A stretch of DNA of 64,000 nt from Sphaerodactylus townsendi (GCF_021028975.2 NC_059430.1:56048001-56112000), one strand, 5' to 3'; positions 1 through 12,475 are shown, numbered from the stretch's first letter. The notes: generated by a model from the sequence alone, not told the origin. Program-made: numbers and translations.

Positions 1-1079
1 ACATTAGCCCTTCATTAAAGGGACAGAACACTTTTTAAAATAGATTTTTAATCTGTCGGCAACCCTATTTTAAGTGCATGGACACCTAACCACCTCATAG
101 TTTTTTTGGTTACAAACCAGAATGTGCTCTGCTGCAGTTTCAGTTCTTTTATTTCTTGTCCTGATATTCTTTCCTTTAGAATACTCTTAAGCAGAGGCAC
201 TTCGACCATTTTGGTGCCAATCAAAAAATACAACGAACACTCAATAACTTATTCCATGTGTTACAGTACACCAAAATCTGTACCAAAGAAAATCTGCCCC
301 AGGTGGGCTGTTTCTGATGACTGAAGCAGATAAATAACTGAGTTTCCTTTTTACCATGTACAATCTAAATCTATATATAAGAAGTAGATTAGCCTGTGTC
401 CTCTGCCCCACCTTTTACATGCATAACAGAATGTTAATTTGCCTGAGTGTTAATAAATGAGAAACAGATATTAGAAAGTAGCTTCCCTTTCAAATAGCAT
501 GGATGTGGGGGCCTAGAGATAATTTAAGCCAGCATATCCTGATTTCATTCATTTTTGGTCCTGGAACTCTCACAATCATCCTGAAGCTGGTGGTCAATTT
601 TGAGGTTCCCAGTTTCTGATTTGTTATGCCTGCTACAAAGGGACAGATAGGTGTATGTGTGTGTGGTGGTGGTGGTGGGTTATTACAATAAATGTCTGGT
701 AACAGCCAGCCAACTGATTTGTTTTGATATTTGGTTTGGATCAAGGTCATATGTTGGGGCCCAGGTGGAAACTTTATCCAGGGGCCCGTGGTAGTCCTGG
801 AAGAATTTACTTCCCAGTGGCATGCTTGAGACCAAGTTGTCCACTTTTGCAGAAGCTAAAGACATGGGTGAACTTGGGTAAAAGATGGTCCTTAAACCAG
901 AATCCTCAAGAATTCTTGGATAAAATCAGCCTCCTGTTGACTAAGGAAATTCCCTCTAATTGTGCCTGGTGAGCCTTTCTTGTAAAAATGAGTGAGCTTT
1001 ATTCAAAACAAGTAGGAAAAATAGGAATCAATTCCCTCTGACCTATAGCTGAAGGTAAAACATCCCAATCTTTCCTTAC

Positions 1080-1157
1080 CTTGTTGCCCAGTGAAGTGGT
1101 GTGGAGTTTAGGTCCCCCCCTAGCTGGTCAACAATAGCACCTTTTGATATGTAGTAC
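1080..1157 (-). CDS. ZDHHC17: ZDHHC17 coding exon 4, [26 protein letters not shown]; gene continues beyond window start
   Basis: 78-nt exon, ttgcag acceptor, gtaagg donor, ankyrin motif TPLHWA; in frame with exon 3. Confidence 0.97.
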
Positions 1158-1192
1158 CTGCAATTCAAAAATGGGTACATAAATAAAACAAT

Positions 1193-1268
1193 AAGCACTG
1201 AGAGCCATTGTCATTATTAAATGTAAAACAAAGCACTGAGAGCCATTGTCATTATTAAATGTAAAACA
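1193..1268. repeat. 38-bp perfect tandem duplication
   Basis: aagcactgagagccattgtcattattaaatgtaaaaca occurs at 1193-1230 and 1231-1268. Confidence 0.95.
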
Positions 1269-1499
1269 CCAGGAACAGCTATAGAAATCAATAGTTCATT
1301 TCGCCATTGCCTATTAATGATTGCCTTATTAGCAGCATTGCCTGGTTTAGACAGCAGTCTGAGGTAAAGGTTGCCATGTGCCAAATGATTATGTTTTATT
1401 GTGATGTCTGTTAGGATATTATTGTACTATCTTGTATTTTAAGATTTTGTATGTTATATACTTATTATTATGCTTCGGTGGATGCTTGGCCTGTCTCTT

Positions 1500-1810
1500 T
1501 TTGATTGTGTTACAAAGACATACAACAAAGACCTGGAATTACACCAATAACAAAGAAAATGAAGGAAGCATGTCTCCGGCGGTATGGGCACATTATGCGA
1601 CAGGAGGAGACTTCTGCAAAAATGGCCCAAAACTTTGACTGTGGAGGCCACCACGCACATGGAAGACCAAAGAAACAGTGGATGGGCAGCACTGCTGAAG
1701 ACATGCTTGCTGTCAACCTTACCCCTGAAAATACCCAAAATCGAGATATTTGGCAAAGAAAATGTCAGTGCTGACCCCCTCAAGGGGAATACAGCCCAAG
1801 AACAAGAAGT
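1500..1810 (+). mobile_element. RTE-clade LINE 3' fragment
   Basis: PITKKMKEACLRRYGHIMRQ..GRPKKQW..EDM..QNRDIWQRK resembles the RTE ORF C-terminus. Confidence 0.7.
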
Positions 1811-1837
1811 GATGTGAGCTGTCCTGAGCCCAGTGAC

Positions 1838-1904
1838 CAGTGGTGGGATTCAAATAATTTAACAACCGGTTCCAGTGGTTCAAACTGGCTGAATCCCACC
1901 ACTG
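1838..1904. mobile_element. Very short hAT-like MITE
   Basis: Perfect 15-bp TIRs CAGTGGTGGGATTCA / TGAATCCCACCACTG; no clean 8-bp TSD. Confidence 0.7.
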
Positions 1905-2074
1905 CCTACACCCACCATCTATCCACCTACCTACCTCCACCCACCTACTATTCATCTACCTATCCATCTATCTACCTCTACCCACCCTCCACTTACCTAC
2001 CTACCTTCACTAACCATTTATCTGTCTACCTACCTACCTACTTCCACCCACGCACCCTCTACCAACCTACCTAC
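1905..2074. repeat. Degenerate (CCTA/TCTA)n simple repeat
   Basis: Visible tetranucleotide low-complexity tract. Confidence 0.85.
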
Positions 2075-2215
2075 ATAAGAACAAGCCTGCTGGATCAGAC
2101 CAGAGTCCATCTAGTCCAGGACTCTGCTACTCGCAGTGGCCAACAAGATGCCTTTGGGAGTTCACATGCAGGATGTGAAAACAATGGGCTTCTGCTGCGG
2201 CTGCTCCCAAGCACA
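2073..2215 (-). mobile_element. Short CR1 3' UTR fragment, same family as the nested CR1
   Basis: cataagaacaagcc..ctggatcagacca..agtccatctagtcc..ctactcgcagtggcc aligns with 6410-6443 plus 6823-6915. Confidence 0.8.
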
Positions 2216-5200
2216 CTACAGTTTATGTACAAGATGTATGAAATCCAGTCTAACCCTCTGCATATTTACTTATAAGAGTATCTCACTACCTTCAAAAAAA
2301 ATCAACTTCCAAGTAACCCCATATGATGGCAGCATAAGAAGCTAAAATCAGCAAAACTGAAAACTGTTTCCCAAAAGTATGGCTGAGAAGGATCCATTGG
2401 ATACTCACCGTGAAGGGTCTTTCTACTGTAGGTAAGTGGGGCATCTTGTGTGGGTGTGATCTCGACCAATTGCAGAGAGGCAGGAAATGATGAAATTCTT
2501 CCATGAATACTTCCTCTGTGAGAATCTTGAGGGTCACCTTCTTCAAGTACACCCGCCTGGCATGAAGTAAGTATAGCACTTAAGTAACAGGAACATATAA
2601 CCAAAAACACGGAAGGAAAAACAACTGGCTCGGCAATAACTAGGGATCACTAGAGACAGTGACAACAACAATAACAACCCTAAACGTTGGAACAGTCTGA
2701 AAACATGAGAATTTAGTTGATAACTGAGAGAGTAACATCGGGAAACAAATGGAACTAGGGAGGGCCAAGATGCCCCACTTACCTACAGTAGAAAGACCCT
2801 TCACGGTGAGTATCCAATGGATCCTTCTACTCGTAGGGTGGAGTGGGGGCATCTTAGTAATGGGACCTCCGAACCTTGCTGGTGTCGAACCGAATTCGGG
2901 TGTTTCTATTAGTCCCCGATGATACTTTCCAGTACCCTTTTGCCAAAGGCTGATTCTGCCGAGGAGCCAGGGACGGGTAATTTTATAATGACGATGATGA
3001 AGGTGGAGAATGGGAAGACCAAGGTGGCAGCTTTGCAGATGTCTTCCACCGGATGCATGATATTTCGGAAGGCTGCGTTGGTGCGCAGCATTGCAGAACT
3101 GGAGTGAGCTGTGATTCCCTGAGGGGACCGGTAGAAGTCAGAAGCTTCAGTGCTTAGCATATACAGTAAGGCTTTCCAGGGTACTACTGATTGCTGCCTT
3201 GGACATTTACTTCTCCCAAGTTAGCGGGCCAATGTTGATGAACATATCTCTCTGATTTGTGTAACTCCCTCGCCTTATTATTATGTATGCTTTTAAGGCC
3301 CGCCGCTAAGGCCCAAATGTGTGCCACGCATTTCTCTTTGAGATGAGAGGGGCTTGGCATGAAGTTGGGAACGCATCGCATCTCCTGGCTACATCGAAAG
3401 GGGAGTTAACCTTCGGAACGAAAGCGACCTGTAACGTAAGACACACTCTATCCTTATGGAACACGCAGAATTTTGAGTTTATTGAAAGGGCGCGAAGTTC
3501 AGCCACTCTTCCGGGCCAATGTTATTGCAATTACACAATAACGCCATTCTTACCCATTTGATGCGTACAGTTTGAATGGGTTCGAAAGGGGACCTAGTGA
3601 GCGCCTATTGGTGACAGTGTTCAGGTGCCAAGAGGGGAACCTGTGGATCACCGCAGGTTGGGACAATTTTACCCCTCTTAGGAAGTTCAGGAACGCCCGG
3701 ATGTCTGGCGATGGGGGTCGCGCCTACACAAGGCACGATGGTAGCAAGAGCTTCCAACCGTCTGCATAAGGTGGAACACTTGAGTCCCATTGAGTAGCCC
3801 TGCTGCAGGAACTCCAAGATAACGTGTGATGGATGGTTCCGCGGGGGGTCGAAATGCTTGCGATGGCACCACCTGACGTAGGCCTCCGCTTTAACAGCCA
3901 GATATTGGACCGGCCGCACTCCAAGCGCCTGGCTGTTAAGATTGCAGATGTTAATTCTCCTCTGAGTACCCCTTTATCCTGAGGTTTGCCCGTTTAAGAG
4001 CCATGCGGTCAGCTTGAACCAAGCTGGATCGGGATGTAAGGATGGGGCCCTGCGCCAGGAAGTCGGAAGTGATTGGTGGCAGAGTCGGTGGTTCTGGGCG
4101 ATGGCCAGTTCCAGGATGGTGCGGAACCAGGGTCTCCTGGGCCATCTGGGGGCTACAAGGATCACGAATTGCTTCTTCTCGATATGATCCTGCGCTATGG
4201 TTTGAGGGACCAGGGGAAAAGGAGGGAATGCCAGAGAAGATTTGGAGGCCATATCGCGTTCAGGGCGTCCGCTAAGCTACTGCCTGTGGATGGTAGTGTC
4301 GGGCCATGAACTTTGGAAGTTGATGGTCTTTCTGAGAGGCCAATATGGTCTACCCTCCGGAGTGCCGAAGGTGTTGCATATCTTGAAGAAGACCCGCGGA
4401 TCTAGTCGCCATTCGGTTTCGCATTGTGACTCTGCCCGCTGAGCCAATCTGCCTCTAGATTCTGGACTCCTCTGATGTGTGCAGGGCTTCTAGTTTATAC
4501 CAAGTGCCCCTCGGCCCATCGGAGGATTTTTGTTAAGCTTCCGAGCGGAGCCTTTGCTGATCTGGTTTCCTGGTTGTTGATGTACATCTTCAGCGGCAAC
4601 ATTGTCTGTTCTTATGATTTATTACGTTGGTGACTTAATTTGTGGCCGGAAATGTTGAAGGGCAAAGGAAGATCGCTCGAAGTTTCCAACACATTGATGT
4701 GGAGCCGGTGATTCTTCCGGAGACCAAGCCCCCCCGGACATACATTTGACTGAGTGTGGCCCCCCCAGCCCTGAAGGCTGGCTGCCTGTGAAGACTTGAG
4801 CTCGAGCGAGCATGTAGGATAACGCTCGGGCCTTCCCCGTCTGAGGTTGGTTTCGTTCGGCCCACCAGAGAAGGCTGAGACGGACTCTTGGGGGCGGTCA
4901 ATTTTCTTTCTTTCTTGGCAATACCGTCCAGCTGGTGCGCACGGAGGAATCATGGAGCGGTCTCTCGTCAGGAAACGTGCCCACTGGGTCAGGTCGATTA
5001 CTGAGATGAAGGTTCCCAGCAGACTTTGCTGGCTCTTTAGTAAAGGACGATCTTCTGTTGATTGGCGACTAGTAATGTCGCTTTCCCTGATTCTTTCTAC
5101 CTTCTCTTCTGGCATGAAAAAAGCGAGCCCTGTACCATATCCAGCACCCTTCGCTTAGGTGTTCTGTAGCCGCGGTGTGGAGGGAAATGAAAGAGCTTCT

Positions 5201-6392
5201 TTTTTCTTTGTTTACGATTTATGCTTACGCTGTGCTAGGGTTTCTTGAACTACCCTCGATGTCAGCCATGGTCTTGGGGACGGAGTGTGAACGAACCAGC
5301 AGATCGCCGAGGTAGGGGTAGACGTGTATCCCCTGTTCCCTCAACATGATGACTGCTTCTCACTAGTACCTTGGAGAAGGCTCCTGTGGGCCGCGGGCTA
5401 GTCCGGAATGGCAACGCCTTGAATTGATACGCTTGATCCTGGTAGGCTGGCTTAATCTCAGGTACTTTCTGTGAGAGTTGTGAATAGGGATGTGCAAATA
5501 GGGTTTCCGGGTCAGATCTAACGGGTCAGCATGATCTCTCGATGGCTAAGAGTTGCCGTGGATAGGACCGAAGGGTTTCCATCCTGAATTTGGGGACCCG
5601 AATGAATTTGTTGATGTGCTTCACAGGTTGAGGATTGTTTCTCCAGTCCCCATTTCTTTTGGGGACTGTAAAGAAATGTGAATATGTCCCTGAGAAACGC
5701 TCCACTTCGTTCGGCACAGGTTCGATGGCTTGGATCTTGGTAAGGGGTGGAAACCGCCTCCAGAGTTCTGCTACTTTGGCCGGATCCTCTTTGAGAGCGG
5801 CGAAAATGAACAGGTGGTGATGTGGAATAACGTTGAATTCCATCACATAACCTGTGGAGATGTTCTTCCTTTGTCCACCCGTCCACGTGGTTTCCCTGCC
5901 AACGGTGCTGAAAGTGTTGGAGACGGCCTCCCACCGGGATGCTTTGATCGCCATTGCTTGTTCTTATTGGAGCTGAAGGATCCTGCCCGGCTTGTTGGTA
6001 TTGTTTGAAGTTGACTGTTTGTAGTTCCGAAAGGAATGTTGATTCTGCCAGTGTGGTCTTTGCCCGTCTCGTTGCGTGCGGGGTAAGGATTTGTGGGACC
6101 GGAAGGTAAACTTGCTGTTGGTAGAGGACCTGTCGGGTGTCTCGACAGATTTTGGTATCGTCTTTTTGTTGTCCTTGGTTTGGACAAGGACTTCACCAAT
6201 TCCCTGCCAAATAGGGCCCCTCCATAGTATGAATAACCAGCCACTACGTGTTTAGATTGTATGTCCGCTTGCCATGGGCGAATCCAGGCGTTGCGTCTTG
6301 CTATCATGTTAGGAGGCTAAGGATCCTCGCCACCAAAGTGACATGGCGTGGCCGGTTGCAGACATCTGCTATGAAGGAATTGGCAGAAAGGA

Positions 6393-7446
6393 CATAAGAA
6401 CATAAGAACATAAGAACAAGCCAGCTGGATCAGACCAAAGTCCTGTTAGGACTTGACAGTTAGATCACCAAAATCTACTTGACAGCTTGGCTGATGCAAT
6501 ACTCTACCTTTCACCTAGTTTCAGTGGGTGATGCAACCATGACTAAGCACATCATGTGTGATTGCATCACTGCTCCCTGATTGGTTGTATGTCTCTATGT
6601 ATATGCACAGAACAGTTTGGTCTATGCGTGCTTTGGTTATACAGTTAAAGCTGCGCTTGCACTCTGTCACTGACTGTTTTGTGACTTTGGGGAAACAAGG
6701 AATACAAACCCTTCTGTACCTCTTTGAAGTGAACAACAGCTTCTGTTCCTGTGGCAGTTTTCTTTTCCTTAACTGCTTCTGCTGTTACCACGACCGCTGC
6801 TGAGTAGCTCCTTCTCAAGTCCATCTAGTCCAGCTCTCTGCTACTCGCAGTGGCCCACCAGGTGCCTTTGGGAGCTCACATGTAGGATGTGAACGCAATG
6901 GCCTTCTGCGGCTGTTATACGATCTACATAGTCTGTTAAGGCATTTGCAATCTCAGATCAAAGAGGGATCAAGATTGGTAGCCATAAATCGACTTCTCCT
7001 CCATAGAAATCTGTCCAAGCCCCTTTTAAAGCTATCCAGGTGAGTGGCCATCACCACCTCCTGTGGCAGCATATTCCAAACACCAATCACACGTTGTGCG
7101 AAGAAGTGTTTCCTTTTATTAGTCCTAATTCTTCCCCCCAGCATTTTCAATGAATGCCCCCTGGTTCTAGTATTGTGAGAAAGAGAGAAAAATTTCTCTC
7201 TGTCAACATTTTCTACCCCATGCATAATTTTGTAGACTTCAATCATATCCCCCCTCAGCCGTCTCCTCTCCAAACTAAAGAGTCCCAAACGCTGCAGCCT
7301 CTCCTCATAGGGAAGGTGCTCCAGTCCCTCAATCATCCTTGTTGCCCTTTTCTGCACTTTTTCTATCTCCTCAATATCCTTTTTGAGATGCGGCGACCAG
7401 AACTGGACACAGTACTCCAAGTGCGGTCGCACCACTGCTTTATATA
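6393..7446 (-). mobile_element. 5'-truncated CR1 LINE nested in the gag of DIRS copy A
   Basis: ORF 6953-7435 (VRPHLEYCVQFWSP..LGLFSLERRRLRGDMIEVYK) is the CR1 ORF2 C-terminus; (TTCTTATG)n tail at 6393-6418; DIRS gag reads REGIERV|LSANSFIADV across the insertion. Confidence 0.95.
6444..6817. mobile_element. Solo LTR (374 bp, TG..CA) inserted in the CR1 3' UTR
   Basis: TG..CA termini flanked by perfect 5-bp TSD AGTCC (6439-6443, 6818-6822); the related CR1 3' UTR copy near 2073-2215 has a single AGTCC at this position. Confidence 0.85.
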
Positions 7447-10400
7447 TCGACCCTTTATATATCGACCCTTTTTATATCGACCCTTTCGATGCCTTCTCTG
7501 ATGCCTTTTGCTTCGACTGGAATCATCTCCAGGAGACGTTTGAGCCACACCATGGAGGCTCTGGCCACTGTGGAGGAGGGCGTAAGAGTTTTGATGGCTG
7601 CCGCCAACCACTCATGGGATCTACGAAGCGCTGCTTCAGACCTCCTATCAAGCGGGTCCTTGATATTGCCCTCCCCCTCTTTGGCTACCAGTGCGCGGGG
7701 ATGTAGGGTGGACACGGGGGAATGGACTGGAGGGTTCTGGAGGAGGACGTGAAACTGCTGAGGCATCAGATATTTTCTCTTAAAATTAGGGGGCAAGCCC
7801 TTGTGGGCAGTGGGATTGGAAGCCATTCCCTATGAATCCCTTTTAACAAAGCATTCAGGAACAGGGAAATGCCCAGCCAAGCCCACTCCCTATCAGCCCG
7901 GGGAAGTGGGATGATGTGCCTTTTGGATAGCCCTTGATTAGCTTGTTATTTAGGCGTTAATGGAGGAAGCTGGGGAATTTGTTCTTCCAGTCCTCAGGGT
8001 AGCGTAAATCCAAATGAGGAGATAGTTTTAGAAATTAAGGATTGGATTTCTTTCCAGTTTAAAGAACTGTATGGATTGTTCTACAGCTGGCTCAGGGTTT
8101 CCCTCTGTGGCCAGAGGAATTTTCTCCCCCATCAGAGCCGTCTAAACTGGATAATTCTTCTTCCTCCTCATTAGGTGGGGCTAAGGGGTTCCCTTCTGTA
8201 GGAGCCGGAGGTCCTCTCGGTGGGAACTGCCGGGATCCTATGGGACCCGAGTAGAGGAGGCGGGCATTAGCTGTTTCTTTGATCTCTTTGCATCAAGAGC
8301 TTTGTCTACATCTCCCTTCCTAGGAACTCAAGCCCGAAAACTACAGGGGGAGCGTTCATCCAGGAGGAGGAGGCTGGAGTTAACTTTACCCAGTGTTAGA
8401 ATCTCCCCGTTCAGGATCCATGTGAGTCTTGCCTGGCCGAGGGCACAGGGAAGAACCAGTTGATCGGGAGGCCAGCTTGAGGTGCTTGCTGGGCTGCTCC
8501 GAGGCCCTGGGAAGGCCGGAGGAATTGACTGTCGAGTCTCCAGTTAAGGGCGCACCCTGGGAAGGCGCTAGACTCACAGCGTTTTAGATACTTTCTCTTT
8601 TTCTTGGCGGAGTTGGGATGACTGCGCATGCTCGGAGGCACCAGATTTTCCAGCAGCTGCGTTGCTTGGCGTCCGTTTGAGTGGAGCTTCTCCCCCCTTC
8701 TTTATGCCACGCCTGACTTTGCGGAGGGTGTGCAGCTCCTTGTGGAGCTCAACAAAGGTTTAACGTTCAGGCCCGAAAAAGGACCTCAGCGTCCATGATT
8801 AACCTGACCTAGCTGCCAGCGTTCTATTTGCCAAGGGGTGGGGGAGGGGTGGGTGGGAAGGAAAGCGGTTTGCTTTCAGCGGCCGGCCTGAACCACCTCT
8901 TCCCCAAGCCGGATCAGCTTACTCACCCCTCTAGGGACTTCCAGACCAACACTGACTGGGCCAGCACAAACAGACCTCCTGGTGAGGGTTTTTTGCCAGA
9001 GCCAAAAAACGCGTCTGCTCTCTGCAGAGGCAGGAAAATACTGAAGAAGGTGACCCCAAGACCTCACAGGAAGTACATGGAAGAATTTCATCATTTCCTG
9101 CCTCTCTGCAATTGGTCGAGATCACACCCACACAAGATGCCCCACTCCTACAGTAGAAGGCAGGAGGTGCAATGAAATGGTACAGAAGGAACAAGAGATT
9201 TTAAGGTTAGAAGTATATCTACAAGAAGTGAGCAGAGAAAAGAAATATTTGACAGCTGAAAGACCACAAACATTTTTTTCAGAAGAGAACAGGGACACTG
9301 CTGTTCATAACTTCATGCCGAGAGAGAGTTAAGAATTCTAATTCCAATCAGATCTTGAGAAACTGAGACAAAAAGAGAGAAACTGCCTTAGTATTTGTAA
9401 CGATTTCCTTTCTATCACATTGTACTAGGAAATGGCAACCTGTCTCCTTCCCATACCCTCAAAATTGAAAAGGACTCTATGCCTCTGAGCAAATTTGTTG
9501 TTTAACTGCGTGAAACTGTGGGTGACCACAGGGGAAGTGACAAGCGAATCTGCGTCTGTTGCTGTCATCACAGCTGGCCAGTTGAGCAGTTACTTCTGGG
9601 TTATCTCAAAGACTCCATCCACCCTTGCCTGAAAAGTAATTTCTGACAACCACATGCTCAGATGCACTCTGATCCACAAGTGTATGAGAATGAATAGACA
9701 CTTCTAAGCACACAGTAGTAGGCTTCCGGAAAAAAACTCCTGCAGTAGCACAATAGAAAACCAGAAGGTTATTTCTGCAAGTAGTAAAACAGAATATGTG
9801 CTCTGGATAACAGCAAAGAGCATGGGTGAAGGGGATCTGAATCTCAGGCGAAGGAAAAGAAAGAAGATGCAAAAAAAAATGCAACAACAAGCAGTTTCAC
9901 GCATAGATGGAAGACAGAAAGTAAATGCAACACCAAGAACCTCAAGACAAAGTTGCACACTTCCTCTGACAACTAAAATGGGAAGGGATCTGTGTTCCAA
10001 ATACATTAATTGAATTTTACATAAATATACACACATGTAATTTTGACTATGAGATACTGTGAAAAAGTTAACTTTTTCAAAACAACCGTATACAATCCAC
10101 TTGACTGAATGAGTCACTTAAAAACCATATAAAATTTAGATTTAGAATTCTGTCCGGGGATGGGGCTGCCTCCCAGCGCCCAGAAGTCCTCCCCACACTC
10201 CTCCCTTTTATGGATGCCTGCCCAGGAACTGCAGGACACTCTGCAACTGGCAACCCCACTCCTGGACTTACCAGTGAACAGAGGAACCTCTTGGAGGCCA
10301 GAAGCAGCTGCAGAGAACTGGCAAAAATGCTTGGGCAGTAAAAGCCAGCCTCAGCAATTCCCGAGAGCAGGGCAGGGCTGACACAGCACAGACCAGGTTG

Positions 10401-10530
10401 CAATCATCAGGCCTCAGTATTTCCCCACAGTACAGTCGGGTCAACACAACCCAGATCAGGCTGCAATCGGGAAAGGGCTAAGAGCACTGGAGGGCCAGCA
10501 GGACTCAACAGACAGGCTGCTGATCACTAA

Positions 10531-10973
10531 GGCCCTTTCCACACGGGGCCAAAAACAGTGGCCCAGGGACGGAAAAACACCGGTCCCTGAGGAGCTGTTT
10601 GCACAGGCGTTGCAGCAGCACCATTCTGTGCGGCCCTGAGCGGTGCGAAGGCACCGCTTTCTACCGTTTTTGGAAAGCGCCGTCTTCCCATCGGCACGGT
10701 GCAAACAGGACCGCGCCGAAGACGCCACTTTCCCGTACACCCCCACTCACCTCGTCCTCCAGCATTGGTCTGGAGGGCTGCTGAGACCTGCCCACGCTGC
10801 CCTCCGACCCCTGGAGGTCAGAGGGCAGCATGGGCGCGTCCCTGCAGCCCTCCAGACCGACGCTGGAGGACGAGGTGAGTGGGGTGGACGCTCCCGTGCG
10901 AATGGCCCCCTCCCCTCCACCGGCATAATTTCTGCCGGTGGAGAGGTGCCCTTTCTGCCATGCGGAAAGGGCC
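10531..10973. mobile_element. PIF/Harbinger-type MITE
   Basis: TIRs GGCCCTTTCC(A/G)CA, 3-bp TSD TAA on both sides, internal inverted repeats about 10743-10780 and 10844-10882. Confidence 0.85.
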
Positions 10974-11592
10974 TAATAGTCAAGAGCAGGGAGATCCAAG
11001 GGAAAAGGAACCCTTCTGTAGAGGGATAAAAGGGAGCACAGGGGGTTCATATGGGCGATGTGGAGAGGGAAGGAGTGTAGCTGCTTGAAACTGAATAAAG
11101 AATCCTGTGGTCTTCCCCTTCTGTTGACTGGCCATGAAAGGATGGCGGAGAGAGATGATGCTCACAAAGAACATATAACACTATTCTTTTGGTATAAGAA
11201 TTATTACATAACACTTGTACAGTGCAGTACTGAACACAAGTCCACCAGATGCTTTCATATCAGTATCAATTTGGTTAGGAGGCTTTGGCTGTTATGAAAA
11301 TGCAAATAAATATCTATAAATTGACTGCTAAAATTGTGTAACATTGGCTTGCACTTTTTAATTCTTCACAGCCAAATTAGGAGTGACAGAAAAACCATGT
11401 CTGTAGTGTAAAAGTATTTAAATTATAAAGCTTACATATCCTGCTATCCTATCATGATGTGGCTCTATCTAATATGTTTGGAAATACATGATATGACTCC
11501 ACTAATACATCTTTGCAAGTGTATGCGAGCACAAACAAAATATATGATTAAGCACCAGAGTGGATAGCAAACCAAGTCAGATATTCACTTAC

Positions 11593-11715
11593 TTCACTAA
11601 ATCTAATCTGTTGTTGATTGCAGCCCAATGTAGAAGTGTAACATTTTCTTTATCCGGCTGCCGTACATCATAGCCTGCTTCTACCAACTCTCGACAACGT
11701 TCATAAATTCCGTAC
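11593..11715 (-). CDS. ZDHHC17: ZDHHC17 coding exon 3 (ankyrin repeat region), [41 protein letters not shown]
   Basis: 123-nt exon, ttcaag acceptor, gtaagt donor, ankyrin motif TLLHWAA; matches HIP14. Confidence 0.97.
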
Positions 11716-12475
11716 CTTGAAAAAAGAAATTATGAAGCAATTCCATTACTTCAGATTAATAAAAGTCACACGTGCTGAATCTTGCTTTGTCTTACAGGGT
11801 CTCCTTTACTGAAGACTGCAGCCTAGATCCTAAAATGCCATTCTGCTTGTGTAGTGGCAGCTCCTCAAGACAGAACAATATTTTCATATGCAAAGGGAAG
11901 GAAGGAGATTTTTGCCAACTATCCCCTTCTGCTGAAGACTCCCATGTGGTCCTCACAGCACTTTTTCACATTTACTGACATGCAGAAGTACATTATAGTG
12001 GTTACACAAGAGTATAATGAAAGAAGTGACTAAATGGTCTTCCTTTAGCATGACTCCGCTTGTAATCCAAGACTTCCCCTACAAAAACAACCTGGAAGAT
12101 CTCACCATATGACTCAACAGAGGCCTCTTTCCTCGTGCATATGCCCCATAGCACACTAGCCCTTGTTTACATCATACCATCTTCCACACTTTTCCATAAT
12201 CCAAGGGCTTCAAGTCAATTCCACATAATCAACTGCAGTAAGACTTAGAATTTTGAATGATTTATAAACAAAGTTAAGAATTGACCCAAGATATGTATTT
12301 TTTATCAAAGGTAAAGTTATTAGTCCAACCGAATTATTTTGATAAGCACAATGGCATTATGAATCTTCCCAAAAGTCTTTTTTATTTCCAAATATTATAC
12401 AAATATTTGCAGCTACATTTTTGCCCACTGGCTGCACATTCATATAACAGAAGCACATAGTAACAAAAACACAAA

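Larger units (their letters stand above)
2388..9158 (-). mobile_element. DIRS1-like tyrosine-recombinase retrotransposon, copy A (full length, frameshifted, with nested insertions)
   Basis: Inverted terminal repeats about 2421-2548 and 9040-9158, right-end extension 2390-2420, internal complementary region 2766-2855; ORF fragments for gag, RT (YSHFFTVPKRNG), RNase H (HINVLE), methyltransferase-like (AFPP..VAPRWPRRPWF) and YR (DICKAAT). Confidence 0.95.

Noticed and set aside
1814-2275. 153-aa Tyr/Pro/Thr-rich ORF
   Set aside because: Runs through a MITE, a simple repeat and a CR1 UTR.
10151-11167. Possible solo LTR hosting the Harbinger MITE
   Set aside because: TATA-like and AATAAA signals are present, but no matching TSD was found and boundaries are unsupported.
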